A stretch of 64,000 nucleotides of DNA from Paramoeba atlantica (GCA_977017575.1 CDRNVI010000073.1:1-64000); one strand, 5' to 3'. Numbered from the stretch's first letter, positions 46,390 to 57,932 are shown. Program-made: numbers and translations. Notes: generated by a model not told the origin, from the sequence alone.

Positions 46390-48807
46390 ATGTCGGCTAA
46401 TAGCTGTTCGTCGGAAGCTGACAATCACATGTCAAACAGCGTGGAATTGCACCTCAATTCCGCGCACAATCCATTAGACGGGTATGACCCGCACTCGAGT
46501 TCAACACCAGCTCTTTTTAGCCAACCCCACGAAATAAGTAAGTCAACGTCCAATCACCCTTTTCCAGGTGAGCACAATACCTCGCACTCTACCTCCACGA
46601 CCTCAAACCCATCTCCACTGCATATCGATCCTGTTTCCGACCCCCACCTGGACCACATCTTGGAAAGTCCCACACTTCCGATCAGTGACAGCGCATATGC
46701 CCCTGTAGCGGAGCACGAACTAGCGCCACAGCCTACCGATCTTCCTGTACCAGGATCCTCGCATGAAACCGATCCCTCCTTCGGCTCTCTTCCCCCTCAT
46801 CCCTCTCTACCCTATCCTCCTCCCGGGTTCTACCCCCCGTACTACGACCCCATAGAGTCCGCCAAATGGGGTACCCCCGGAACCACCGCGGAGCCAAGCG
46901 GTTTCCTATCCCAACCCTGCCCCTTTACCGACCCCTCGGGGTTCGACCCTTCCTCCCTGTACGACCCCAACATGGGGTCCTACCCACCCCCGTTGGATCC
47001 ACACTACCTGAACCCGGAGACGGGTCTCCCGTACCCCTACCCCCCAGAGATGTACTTCGGCTCAGCGAACTGGGCCATGACGGAGGGGGTTGTGGGGTCC
47101 GTGGAATCTCCCTGGGCCGCCGGGGATGCCTATCCCCCCGTCCCCCCCATGGGCATCACACCCGGGCCACCCTCCATGTTATCCCCTATGATCTCCAATA
47201 CAGAGGGTTCCTCCTCCTACCTTCCCTCCCACCTACCCCAGGGAACTGTCCCGGAGCCCTACTCCCCGACGGTAAACCCCTTTTACCGTCCCAATGAATC
47301 GTTTCCCCCTCCCAGCGGTTCAGCAGAGCCGGGAGATGAAATGGGACAGATTCCTAGTAAGCCTAAAAAGAGAAGCTCGTCACCTCTTTTTGCTGCTGCA
47401 GCAACAGCAACAGCCCCTCCACCCACAATGTTGCCTCCCCTCCCCCCTAACCTCTCCCTCCCCCATTCCGGGTCTCTTGTCCCTCGGGAGCTTCTCCTGG
47501 AGGAGAGTCCCTTTATGGAACCACTACGTTCTCGCACCGGCGCCTCCCTGTCTCACATTAAACTCGACCAACGCTACGGTCGTAAAGGGCGTCACAAAGA
47601 AAGCTCAAACAAAAACGCGTTCAAAGAAGAAACCCAAACCCCTACCGAAACGAACACCTTCGCCAAACCCACGTTTCACGAAAAAAATGAAAACAAACCA
47701 CCGCAACATGGGTTTCCTACCGAAACCCCCCAAAACACAACTCTACCCCCACCTCTTTTGGGGGAACAAAACCTTAACCCTTTTCCTCTCTCAAAACAAA
47801 CCAATCCTCCTCCTCACCACAACCACAATAATACGAATCAAAGGGTTTCCCCATCGCCTCCCCCCTCTCCGCGACCCTCCCGGGACGCCCTCCCCCACTT
47901 CCTCCTCTCCCCCACCACCCCCCCCTCCCCCCCCCTCCACTTCCACGACCTCCCCCCCGGGGACCTCCTCGAGTACCACTACGACCTCAGCCTCATCCTC
48001 CACACCATCGCGACCGCCCACACCCTGGCCCTTGTCTTCGGCCCCGAGGGTAACCCCCACGCCCTCCCCCCCCACGCCTACCTCTGGTGCACGGACTACG
48101 CCGCGGAGGTGCGGGCGCTGGTCCCCGGGGCCGCGGTCAACCCCCGGGAGGAGGCCGTGGGGGAGGGGGACATCCTCAAGGAGGTCACGGGGGCCTTGCT
48201 GTCGCAGGTCCCCGAGATGGGGTTCCTGCGGTCCATGTCGCTGTACCAGGCGATGGCGACGCGGGTGGATCTCACGCCGCTGTACAGGGCGGTGTGTGAG
48301 ATGTTCGCGGGGGGGCTGGGGAGCTACGAGGTGCAGTTCCGGGGGTTGTTCGGGGTGCCGACGAGGGTGGTGGTGAGGACGGGAGGGGGGGGGGAGGGGG
48401 GAACGGGGGGGGGACCGAGGGTGTTTCGGGGAAAGGTGGCGTGGGAGAGCCTGCCGGAGGCCCCGGCGATGTTTAGTAATGGGAAAATGGTGGAGGAGAT
48501 CGTTTCCGGGGAAAGGGATTGTGGGGTAGATAATGAGGTAGGGGTAGGGGAGGGTAGAACAGAATGGGATAGGACGGCCTCATGTGACGCGAATGTCGTG
48601 TCAAAGTCGGAAGCCAGTGCCAATGGAAAAAGCGAGGTGAGGGGTCTCCCATGGGATAAAGGAGAGAGGGGTGAGACACGGGTAAGATCCGCGTCAGTAA
48701 GACGCGGCTTAATGTCTTCGCGGATGCGGCGGATGAGGCTCAGTCTTCTATTCGGAATGCTTTCGGTCTCGGCAATATGTTTTTGGGCACGTCGGAAGAG
48801 AAATTAG
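46390..48807 (+). CDS. Hypothetical Pro-rich protein with C-terminal tail-anchor-like segment
   Basis: Long ORF, first plausible ATG at 46390; C-terminus LSLLFGMLSVSAICFWARRKRN; globular-looking core at ~47930-48370. Confidence 0.75.
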   Translation: MSANSCSSEADNHMSNSVELHLNSAHNPLDGYDPHSSSTPALFSQPHEISKSTSNHPFPGEHNTSHSTSTTSNPSPLHIDPVSDPHLDHILESPTLPISDSAYAPVAEHELAPQPTDLPVPGSSHETDPSFGSLPPHPSLPYPPPGFYPPYYDPIESAKWGTPGTTAEPSGFLSQPCPFTDPSGFDPSSLYDPNMGSYPPPLDPHYLNPETGLPYPYPPEMYFGSANWAMTEGVVGSVESPWAAGDAYPPVPPMGITPGPPSMLSPMISNTEGSSSYLPSHLPQGTVPEPYSPTVNPFYRPNESFPPPSGSAEPGDEMGQIPSKPKKRSSSPLFAAAATATAPPPTMLPPLPPNLSLPHSGSLVPRELLLEESPFMEPLRSRTGASLSHIKLDQRYGRKGRHKESSNKNAFKEETQTPTETNTFAKPTFHEKNENKPPQHGFPTETPQNTTLPPPLLGEQNLNPFPLSKQTNPPPHHNHNNTNQRVSPSPPPSPRPSRDALPHFLLSPTTPPSPPLHFHDLPPGDLLEYHYDLSLILHTIATAHTLALVFGPEGNPHALPPHAYLWCTDYAAEVRALVPGAAVNPREEAVGEGDILKEVTGALLSQVPEMGFLRSMSLYQAMATRVDLTPLYRAVCEMFAGGLGSYEVQFRGLFGVPTRVVVRTGGGGEGGTGGGPRVFRGKVAWESLPEAPAMFSNGKMVEEIVSGERDCGVDNEVGVGEGRTEWDRTASCDANVVSKSEASANGKSEVRGLPWDKGERGETRVRSASVRRGLMSSRMRRMRLSLLFGMLSVSAICFWARRKRN

Positions 48808-49307
48808 TCTGTGCAGCACAGTCGAATCTGTGTGGTCTCACACACTTTTATAGGTTCCAGTTAACGGGTATTTGATGACTGTTCTTTTTATGGGGCCCGG
48901 AGTACTGACTTGAGCTCTCTCTAACGTTGGAGTCATATAACAAGATGGGTTATCGTTTCAATTTACCATCCATCAATGCGACGATTTCGCAATTCAGATC
49001 CACGTTTTCTCTTTCAAAAAGGTTTTCTTTGACATTGATAGCTGGACAGTATACAGTTATCTTTCGAAATCAACAATTGTTACCTTTTTGAAGCTTCCAT
49101 ACATGAAGCTTCTGTATGTGTACCGTTTCAGCTCAAGATTGATGTATGAAAAGTATTTATTTTCTTTCCATTCTCTTATTTGCATCACAGAATGTTTCTT
49201 TTTTCCTAACGGTGATGGTGTCTCTCGTACTTTACAAGCGAGGATTTCGGTGAGAAGCAAAAGTTCATTTCAGTTTGTGTGGGTTTCCAAAGTAGACTTC
49301 GGCATCG

Positions 49308-49478
49308 GATACAGTTTCTGTACCTCGTTGGTACATTACCTTAGTTCATCCTTTTTATGCCCGGGAACGGGCGTACTCTTACTGTACCTAAGGTCGGAAC
49401 TGTCCCTCTTTATTACTGAAGCAGGGGACGCGCTTCCACCCCTTCACGCCTCCCCGACTCGCTCCCTTGGAGTGAATG
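49308..49478 (+). ncRNA. SL-RNA-like sequence (5'-truncated exon, donor site, structured intron-like region)
   Basis: GATACAGTTTCTGTAC-CTCGTTG|GTAC; stems ACCTTAG/CTAAGGT, ATGCCCG-GGAA-CGGGCGT and GTCCCT..AGGGGAC. Confidence 0.62.
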
Positions 49479-49513
49479 CTTCCCTCTCTTTGCTTCTTTT
49501 TCTCCTGCGATTA

Positions 49514-50556
49514 CCGTATACCCCCCTAGTAAGATACCCCGCCAGTAAGAGAGATTTGGTCCTTTTCGTGTTGACCCCCCGTAAGAGAGATTTCACTCGG
49601 GAGCCCCACAGGAGGTGTATAGGGCGTAGGTGGTGGGTGTCCGCATGTCGGGTGCCTCGGGGGTATCCCAAATAAGCGTTTAATCACATTTCAAGAAGAA
49701 AAAATAGAAAACTTCGCTTAAAAAGTTGGGAGAAAAGAGAAAACTGGCCGAAAGAGCGTACCCCGCCAGTAAACGGGGGTACGACTTAATGTACCGGGTA
49801 CCCTTTTATATACCGGGGGGGGGTATAATCGCTACCCAATATACCCCCCTTGGCACTGTGGAAAACAAGGGGGTGGGGGGTATAAACGCTCAAAAATAGA
49901 TCGTTTATACCCCCCACCCCCTTGTTTCCCACGGTGCCATCATGTATTGCCCCTTTTAACCTCTTTGGTTACCGCAAAAAAACATTGGAGCTAATATATC
50001 CCCCACCCCCACGCATTATACCCCCCACCCGGTATAAACGGTGAGCGAATATACCCCCCCTTAATATACAGGGTACACTTTATTATACCCCTGTACATTA
50101 AGTCGTACCCCCGTTTAAGAGATATTTGGCCATTTTGACCCAAAACCCATTCTCTTACTGGGGGGGATACGGCGTCTTCTTTTGTTTTTTTTAAGGAAAT
50201 TCTAAAACAAATTTAGATTAAATTTTAGTACCGTACCCACTTATCGTGGACCCCCCAGTAAGAGAATGGGTTTTGGGTCAAAATGGCCAAATCTCTTTGA
50301 CTGGGGGAGGACAGTAGGGACCAATATTTGACGAAAATTTGTTCTTTTTTCGAAATTGCTCACAATGATTTTTCTTTTTTTCTCCACTTTTTTTGACGAA
50401 TTTTTCTATTTTTGCTTCTGAAAACGTGTTAAAATGCTAATTTAGGGTACCCCCGAGGCACCCGACATGTGGAGACCCACCCCCCTACGTCCTATGCGCA
50501 TCCTCTGGGTCTCACGAACCGAATCTCTCTTACTGGGGGGGAGGGGTGGGGGGCAG
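49514..50556. mobile_element. Non-autonomous element with long imperfect TIRs and a nested MITE (49772-50115)
   Basis: CCAGTAAGAGAGATT and CATGTCGGGTGCCTCGGGGGTA blocks inverted at both ends. Nested MITE TA-AACGGGGGTACGACTTAATGTAC...GTACATTAAGTCGTACCCCCGTT-TA splits a CCAGTAAGAGA motif. Confidence 0.7.
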
Positions 50557-50565
50557 TAGGGAAAA

Positions 50566-51408
50566 ATTGCGCTGGTTGTATAACTACCGCTCTACCCTCG
50601 ATTATTGAAAAAAATTGAACAAAAACAGTGAAAATATAAAGAGGAACACAGTAATATAATAGAAGAAAAATTTATAAAAGGGGCTCCGGTGGTTCAAAAA
50701 TTTTCAAAAAAAATCGGACCCTTGAGGGGTCCAGGGGAGGGGGGCGTACCGCACGAATTTTTTTTGAAAAAATTACTTTTCGATATAAAAGCGCAGAAGG
50801 GGTAGCCGGGGTCTTGGAGCGCATTTTCCATTCCCCTACCCGGGGGTAGAAAGAGTTTTCGGATTTTTTTTTTGGAAAAAATTTCAACTTGACGAAAATA
50901 ATGGTAAAAAAAAATATTTTTCCAAAAATATTTCGCCTATTGTATTTTGATAGTTTGGGACCTATATTAGCTTTCTACGCCATTGTTTTCGCGACATGTC
51001 GCTTCTTGAAGCCGTGGTACGCCTTCCACAATGACCCACTTTTTACCAAAAAATGCGAAAAAGTAATTTTCGGACCCAAAGGGGTCTTTTTGTGTCACAA
51101 GAATGGTGTGGTTGGAGTCGCATTCTCTACCCAATACGTTTGGTAGCCTCGAATACATGCGTACGAGTGATTTCCCACACGCAAAAGTCGAAATTAGTGC
51201 TCTGAGAGCAAAAATACCCAAATATCACCCCATTTTTACCTAAAAATCGGCTATTTTTCGCTCAAATCCTTCCGTTTTCTTCAGCTTCCCTGGCCAATTT
51301 TTCTTTTTTAGGCTCTTCGTTAAACGCGATGGTAGTTTTCAACGCGAAGCGCGCAGCATGAATGACTTCTAAGTTGAAAACAACCACCGCGTTTAACGAA
51401 GAGCCTAA
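50566..51408 (-). mobile_element. Hairpin-ended element, full copy, diverged B-type
   Basis: Both termini present; long palindrome ends GAGCCTAA at 51408. Confidence 0.75.
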
Positions 51409-52274
51409 CAAAGAAAAATATTTGACGAAAATTTGATTTTCTTCGAAATTGCTCACAATAATTTTTTAAACGTTTTCAAATCATTTTCGTATTAATGCAG
51501 CCATTTTCAGCGTCTCTGAGCGCATAATTTTATTAACTTGTTGCACCATACTTCTTTAGTAACATGGCATAGTAATTCACTCTATCGAAACTTTTCCCTT
51601 GGGTAGATCACCCAGAAATCCAACACTCTGGTCGAGAGTGCAATAAGTCAGCGCGGCGAGACGTTCTTGTGGGCGCTTGAGCGCCCCTGACGATTACTTG
51701 GGAATGATCGGTTACTTTGTTTCTTCCCGGCGATCTTAAGGAACATCCCTCTTATAATCTCTCTCTTTCGGGTGCTCGAGAGCAGTTTCGACGCTTTGAT
51801 CCACATGAAATCAACATTTTCTTACCTGACAAACGCAGATGACTATCGCAGGACGGCAAATGCATTTCTGGGTGAATGAAGGGCACCGGGTCGCCCCGGC
51901 TGGCCGCTGGCTCCCTCAGGATGTTCCCCCTTTGGGAAGTTGCCACCCTCCTTCAAGAGTGACACAATAGGCCCTTCACAGACGTTTGGGGGTGCGAGGT
52001 CCGAACGCCTCTACCAGTTTCTGCCGACGTGTTTAACGTTGTTTAACGACCACATCAGGTACGGGAGTTGGTTCCATGCGCGGGGGGGGGGGGGGGGCGA
52101 GTCGGTCCCCCAGACCTCAGACCTATTCGGAGGGTCTGGGTCCCTAATGTGAGGCCGCCAGGGAAACTGGCATACCCCGGGCTTGGGCGTTTCTTGGATA
52201 GCAGCAGCTGTGTGGATCACTAATCATTGTTCTTCCTTGTGGATAGCTGACTGGTCGAATTTCTCGGAGTGTTA

Positions 52275-52606
52275 CCGTAGACCGCCCACTATTACCGTAG
52301 GTCCCGTAAGAGAGATTTGGCCCCAGTAAGCGAGATTTGGTTCGAGGGGCTGAGCGGGTGGCTGGATTGGGGATCGTGGCTGGGATGGGTGACGGTAGCT
52401 GGGCGGGCGGTGATGTCTCTTTTAAACGCTTAAAATGGGTGTATGAACCTGCAAATGCCATAAAAACATTTAAAAGGACTTTTGAATCACTTTCGAAAAA
52501 AAACAATTTTTCGCCAAATATTTGTCCCTACCGTCCTACTGGGGGTGAGCCTAAAAAGATTCACATCTCTCTTACTGTGGGGGGTCTCTTACTGGGGTGT
52601 CTACGG
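52275..52606. mobile_element. MITE related to the 49514 element
   Basis: TA-CCGTAGAC...GTCTACGG-TA with subterminal GTAAGAGAGAT repeats. Confidence 0.7.
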
Positions 52607-52811
52607 TAGTATCCGTACCCATTTTAAAAAAATGCCCCTTTTGGGGGGAAAATTTGCTTTGTCTATACCTAGTTACTATGTCTATGACCAGTTACTGTGT
52701 CGTGGGGGCACAGTAAACTGCACGGGGGTTTAGTATACCTATCAGCTATACTATTCTGGAATATGGTTTAATTTGTTCTTGGAATAATTATTTCTTGAAT
52801 ATAGCAATATC

Positions 52812-53534
52812 ATGCTTATCACCAAGTCTTCCGACTCACAACAAGTGAATTCTGTGAGTAGATGTACTCGTCCTTCCAAAGTACGAGGTGCTTCCTTGCC
52901 ACAAGAATACGAACTGGCGCGACTTATACAAAATGTAGAAAATCAGCATCCCTCCTGGAGTACCGCAACACCCGCTTGTGAATGGTGCTACGTAGAATGC
53001 AATCAAGAAGAAAAGGTAGAAGAAGTTTCTTGGTCGCATACGTCGTTGAGCGGTGAACTTCATCTGTCTTATCTTCCGTTTTCAGTCAAAATCTTCGACG
53101 TTTCAGACAACCAACTCACAGGAAGCGTAGATCTTACGCATTTGCCGGAAGCAAATTGTAGATTTAATCTTTCACGAAACCGCTTTTCAGGTCAGGCAGA
53201 TCTCACAAAACTACCGAATGAAATGGAAGAACTGTATTTGATACAGAACCAGTTTTCGGGAAATGTCTGTCTCACTCAACTACCCATACATTTCCTAATT
53301 TTGGCCTTGAACGGAAATCAATTTGAAGGAACTTTGGACTTGGAATATCTTCCCATTAAAATGGAAGCTTTGTATCTTGAGGAAAATAAGTTTCGTGGAA
53401 CGGTAATCTTGGATACATTGCCGCCAAACCTACACGATCTGTGGTTAAATGACAATACAGAGCTTTGCGGCACATTAGACAAAAAGGAGACCGGGTTTGC
53501 CAGGATTCAGAATACGAAAATAATTGCAGAGTAA
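52812..53534 (+). CDS. Short leucine-rich repeat protein (LRR7)
   Basis: WSTATPACEWCYVEC cap plus ~6 LRRs; 240 aa. Confidence 0.9.
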   Translation: MLITKSSDSQQVNSVSRCTRPSKVRGASLPQEYELARLIQNVENQHPSWSTATPACEWCYVECNQEEKVEEVSWSHTSLSGELHLSYLPFSVKIFDVSDNQLTGSVDLTHLPEANCRFNLSRNRFSGQADLTKLPNEMEELYLIQNQFSGNVCLTQLPIHFLILALNGNQFEGTLDLEYLPIKMEALYLEENKFRGTVILDTLPPNLHDLWLNDNTELCGTLDKKETGFARIQNTKIIAE

Positions 53535-53960
53535 TTTTTTCACACTAATATTTGGCGGCCACAGAGTCATTTATCTATGGGCCCAGAATTCATTTATTTG
53601 CAGATCGATTTATTTGTGGATAATCTACTCAAGGGTCAAATCATCAATTTTTTATCCTTAATACGTAAGTACTTCCGTAAATACCCCTCCACCTGTTTCG
53701 TTCCAAATTTTTATGAGTCATATTGTCAATATGATTGACTCAATCATTGAGTCAATTTCATGTGGTGGGATTCTCCTTTTCTTATTTTCCTTCTTTGCTT
53801 CTTAATTTTCTTTCTAAAGATTCTCCACTTTACTACTTTTCGACTATTTTATCCCCTATCCTTTTCTTCCTCTCTCTACCCACTCCTCTTCCACCCCACC
53901 CCCCTCCTTAAGACTATAAGAATTGTATTTCTAAAGAGGTTTTTAACGAATAATACATTT

Positions 53961-54683
53961 ATGTTTATTACACAGTCTTCCGACACACCCCAAGCGAATT
54001 CTGTGAGAAGCTGTACTCGTCCTTCCAAAGTACGAGGTGTTTCCTTGCCACAAGAATACGAACTGGCGCGACTTATACAAAATGTAGAAACTCAACATCC
54101 CTCCTGGAGTACCGCAACACCCGCTTGTCAATGGCACCGTGTAAAATGCAATCAAGAAAAAAAGGTTAGCGAAATTTCTTGGTCGCATAGCTCGCTGAGT
54201 GGTGAACTTCATCTGTCTTGTCTTCCGCTTTCCACTACAGTATTTAGCGTTGCAGACAACAAGCTCACAGGAAGCGTAGATCTTACGCATTTGCCGGAAG
54301 TAATGCATAGACTCAATCTTTCACGAAACCGCTTCTCGGGCCATCCAGATCTCACAAGACTACCGCACAAAATGGAAGAATTGTACTTGATACAGAACCA
54401 GTTTTCAGGAAATGTCTGTCTCACTCAACTGCCTACGAATTTACGAATCATGGCCTTAAACGGAAATCAATTTGAAGGAACCTTGGACTTGGAACATCTT
54501 CCGCTTAGCGTGGCAGGTTTATTTCTTGAGAACAATCAGTTTCATGGAACGGTAATTTTGGATACATTGCCGCCGAATCTACACAATCTGTGGTTGAATG
54601 ACAATACAGAACTTTGCGGCACATTAGACAAAAAGAAGTCCGGGTTTGTCAAGCTTCAGAATACAAAAATAATTGCAGAGTAA
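53961..54683 (+). CDS. Short leucine-rich repeat protein (LRR8)
   Basis: ATG 53961 gives 240 aa collinear with LRR7. Confidence 0.9.
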   Translation: MFITQSSDTPQANSVRSCTRPSKVRGVSLPQEYELARLIQNVETQHPSWSTATPACQWHRVKCNQEKKVSEISWSHSSLSGELHLSCLPLSTTVFSVADNKLTGSVDLTHLPEVMHRLNLSRNRFSGHPDLTRLPHKMEELYLIQNQFSGNVCLTQLPTNLRIMALNGNQFEGTLDLEHLPLSVAGLFLENNQFHGTVILDTLPPNLHNLWLNDNTELCGTLDKKKSGFVKLQNTKIIAE

Positions 54684-55659
54684 TTTTTCCTACTTTTTTA
54701 ACCTTTAGAAAGCCATTGGGTCAAAGTGAAGCATTGTTTCACACTTTTTTTAAAACATTTATTATCGCCCTATTTTGGCAAAAAGAAGAAATTAACTCTC
54801 TTGTACTTGTTCTAGAACGATTTCTACATTCTCGCAAATGTCATTTGAGGTCCTAAAACAGGCGACGGAGGGCATAATTTTCATGTTTTCCTCTCTTTAG
54901 CTTACTTTTCACAATTTCTGCGCCGAACTTCAGCCGATTATCTCGCGCTTCTTTCCCACTATCAAACGTACCGTCACCGCGAAAAAAGTACAACTGTATG
55001 TAAACAAATGTCAGAAAAATACTTTCAGTGCACGTAAAATATGATAAGGCAACACTTAGAACACCTAAAAAAAATAACGAAAAAAAAATATTTTTATGTG
55101 AAATAATGCTTCACTTTCACCAGCCATTCATGTGGTTTTGTTCCTAATTTTTAGAAATCTTATGGAGTCAATTTTCATCCGACGCCAGTCTCTTTTCATA
55201 AACCCCGCCGATCGAAAAGTCACTCCCCTCTAACTTTTCCGCCAAGTGTCCGTTTGAGCCCATTTTTGTTGCATTTTGCAGATCCCAACACAAAGACTTT
55301 GCGCGTTAAAGCATAGAACCAAAACTCTCAAATATGTGCATCTGATAGACGGATTATCACTTTCTTCACACTTTTCAAGATACCAATTTCTCACTTTCCA
55401 AGTACATTGCGTGGCGTTATTGCCGGACGGGTTAGCTACGGGACGGGTATTTAAGGGACAATATAGAGGTGGTCATACCTTTGGAATTGGACAAAAGAAC
55501 TACAAGTGTAGCGCCCAAGTCACAGAGCGCGCAAGTTATCGGGCACATATTAAATGTATTTGTAAGATAAATGAACGAAAAGGGGATGACTAAAGGAAGA
55601 TAATTGAAAGAAAAAGGTATAGTAGAGCCTTGGAAAAAATATGTAGAAATAACGACGGT

Positions 55660-56010
55660 TTGGGTGGTTATAAAACTACCGCTCTACACTCGATTATTGA
55701 AAACAAGGTGAACAAAAACAGTAAAAATATACAGAGGAACACAGTAATATAATAGAAGAAAAAAATATAAAAGGGGGCTCCGGTGGTCCAAAATTGAAAA
55801 AAATGGAGGGTCTAGGGGGGCATACCGCACGAAATTTTTTTGAAAAAAATATTTTTCGAAAAAAAACCGCAGAAGGGGTAGCCGGGGTCTTGGCGCGCAT
55901 TTTCCATTCCCCTACCCGGGGGTGACCCCCCCGCGTATCCGCAGGACGGGTCCGCCAAGTTTGGATTTTTTCGGAAAAAAAAATTGAAAAAAATTTCAAC
56001 TTGGCGAAAG
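55660..56010 (-). mobile_element. Hairpin-ended element, B-type 3' fragment
   Basis: Short hairpin end plus B-type body up to TTGGCGAAA. Confidence 0.68.
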
Positions 56011-56901
56011 TTGATTAATTACGGGGCACTTTGGCCTTGATGGGGGGTGTCCCTTAATTAACCCGTCCCGTAATAAGCCCCGCACTGTAATCAAATCTTC
56101 TCAATTCATCAAATTTCCATGAGAAATTCAATTTATTTGATCTGTTTTTGCCGATTTCTATTACAAACGAGAGATCTCGTTCCCCTGGCAAAGAATTTTG
56201 CAGCTATTCTTTAATATTGATACATTTGTACCCCCTGGACGAGGAGCGTTTGTTTTTTAAAGTTGGTGTGGTATGACGATGCGAAAAAACAAAATAGAAA
56301 AATAATTTTCTCTCGTTCTTTTTCTGAAATGATCTAAAAATGGTGGGAACGTGCAGTTCTCAGAATTTTGAACGAGAAAATGATATCTTAACCCCCTTAG
56401 GTCCCTTCAAGCAAAATGTAAAGGGGGCATCTTAAAAAGGTTGATTTTACACCGTTTCAAGAAAGAACCAATCAAAGACAAATATTTCACCACTTGACAA
56501 ATTCAATGATTGTTATCTGCCTTTGTTTATTTTTGTTGCAAACGAGAGATCTCGTTCCCCTATCGAAGAGCTGTGACGCCATTTTCATATTGAGCCCCTT
56601 CTCCCCCCTGGCCGCTGAGCATGTGATTTTTCCTGTCGTATTGGCAAGACTGCGCAAAAGAATGATTAAAAAAGTGTGTTTTTATTTTTTGCTTGTGAAG
56701 AGGTCTAAAAACAGCGGCAACGTGCAGATCTCAAAATTTTGAACAGCAAAGTGGTGCCGCAACCCCTCTAAACCTCATTGTATTCGCTGTGTGGGGTTTA
56801 TTTTTCTTGATTCTTTCTTCATTCTTCCTTTAAACATTCTCCACTTTATACGGTATATAAGAATTGTATTTCTAAAGAGGTTTTTAACAAATAATACATT
56901 T

Positions 56902-57624
56902 ATGTTTATTACACAGTCTTCCGACACACCCCAAGCGAATTCTGTGAGAAGCTGTACTCGTCCTTCCAAAGTACGAGGTGTTTCCTTGCCACAAGAATAC
57001 GAACTGGCGCGACTTATACAAAATGTAGAAACTCAACATCCCTCCTGGAGTACCGCAACACCCGCTTGTCAATGGCACCGTGTAAAATGCAATCAAGAAA
57101 AAAAGGTTAGCGAAATTTCTTGGTCGCATAGCTCGTTGAGTGGTGAACTTCTCCTGTCTTGTCTTCCGCTTTCCACTACAGTATTTAGCGTTGCAGACAA
57201 CAAGCTCACAGGAAGCGTAGATCTTACGCATTTGCCGGAAGTAATGCATAGACTCAATCTTTCACGAAACCGCTTCTCGGGCCATCCAGATCTCACAAGA
57301 CTACCGCACAAAATGGAAGAATTGTACTTGATACAGAACCAGTTTTCAGGAAATGTCTGTCTCACTCAACTGCCTACGAATTTACGAATCATGGCCTTAA
57401 ACAGAAATCATTTTGAAGGAACCTTGGACTTGGAACATCTTCCGCTTAGCATGGCAGGTTTGTTTCTCGAGGAAAATAAGTTTCATGGAACAGTAATTTT
57501 TGATGCGTTGCCGCCGAATCTCCGCAATCTGTTGTTGAATGACAATACAGAACTTTGCGGCACATTAGACAAAAAGAAGTCCGTATTTGTCAAGCTTAAG
57601 AATACAAAAATCATTGCAGAGTAA
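56902..57624 (+). CDS. Short leucine-rich repeat protein (LRR9)
   Basis: ATG 56902 gives 240 aa; recent duplicate of LRR8. Confidence 0.9.
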   Translation: MFITQSSDTPQANSVRSCTRPSKVRGVSLPQEYELARLIQNVETQHPSWSTATPACQWHRVKCNQEKKVSEISWSHSSLSGELLLSCLPLSTTVFSVADNKLTGSVDLTHLPEVMHRLNLSRNRFSGHPDLTRLPHKMEELYLIQNQFSGNVCLTQLPTNLRIMALNRNHFEGTLDLEHLPLSMAGLFLEENKFHGTVIFDALPPNLRNLLLNDNTELCGTLDKKKSVFVKLKNTKIIAE

Positions 57625-57932
57625 TTTTTCTCACTGTTTTAACCTTTAGAAAGCCATTCATGTGGTTTTGTTCCAGTTTTTTGGAAATCTTATTGAGCCA
57701 ATTTTCATCCTACGCGAGTCTCTTTTCATATTTTCCTTCTTTCTTTCTTCTTTTTGCGGGTTGAGGGCACGTTCGTTGAACATTCAACGAACGTGCCCTC
57801 AAGCCCATTTTTCTTTCAAAACATTCTCCACTTTACCCCTTCTTTCTTAACTCCTTTTTATCTCCTCTTATTTTCTTCCTCTCTCTCCCTTTCTCTTTCT
57901 CTCTACCCCCTCCACCTCCACCCCCCCTCTCC

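Noticed and set aside
4084-48376. Alternative-frame and antisense ORFs in GC-rich genes (e.g. 4145-5110, 30846-31475, 47294-48376)
   Set aside because: These are shadows of extreme GC3 content; no recognisable domains.
11480-51408. Long palindromes as flip/flop hairpin telomeres or invertible cores
   Set aside because: In all 11 copies the loop (GAAGCGCGCAGCATGAGTGACTTC or a variant) has the same orientation relative to the element body; apparent flips are whole-element orientation.
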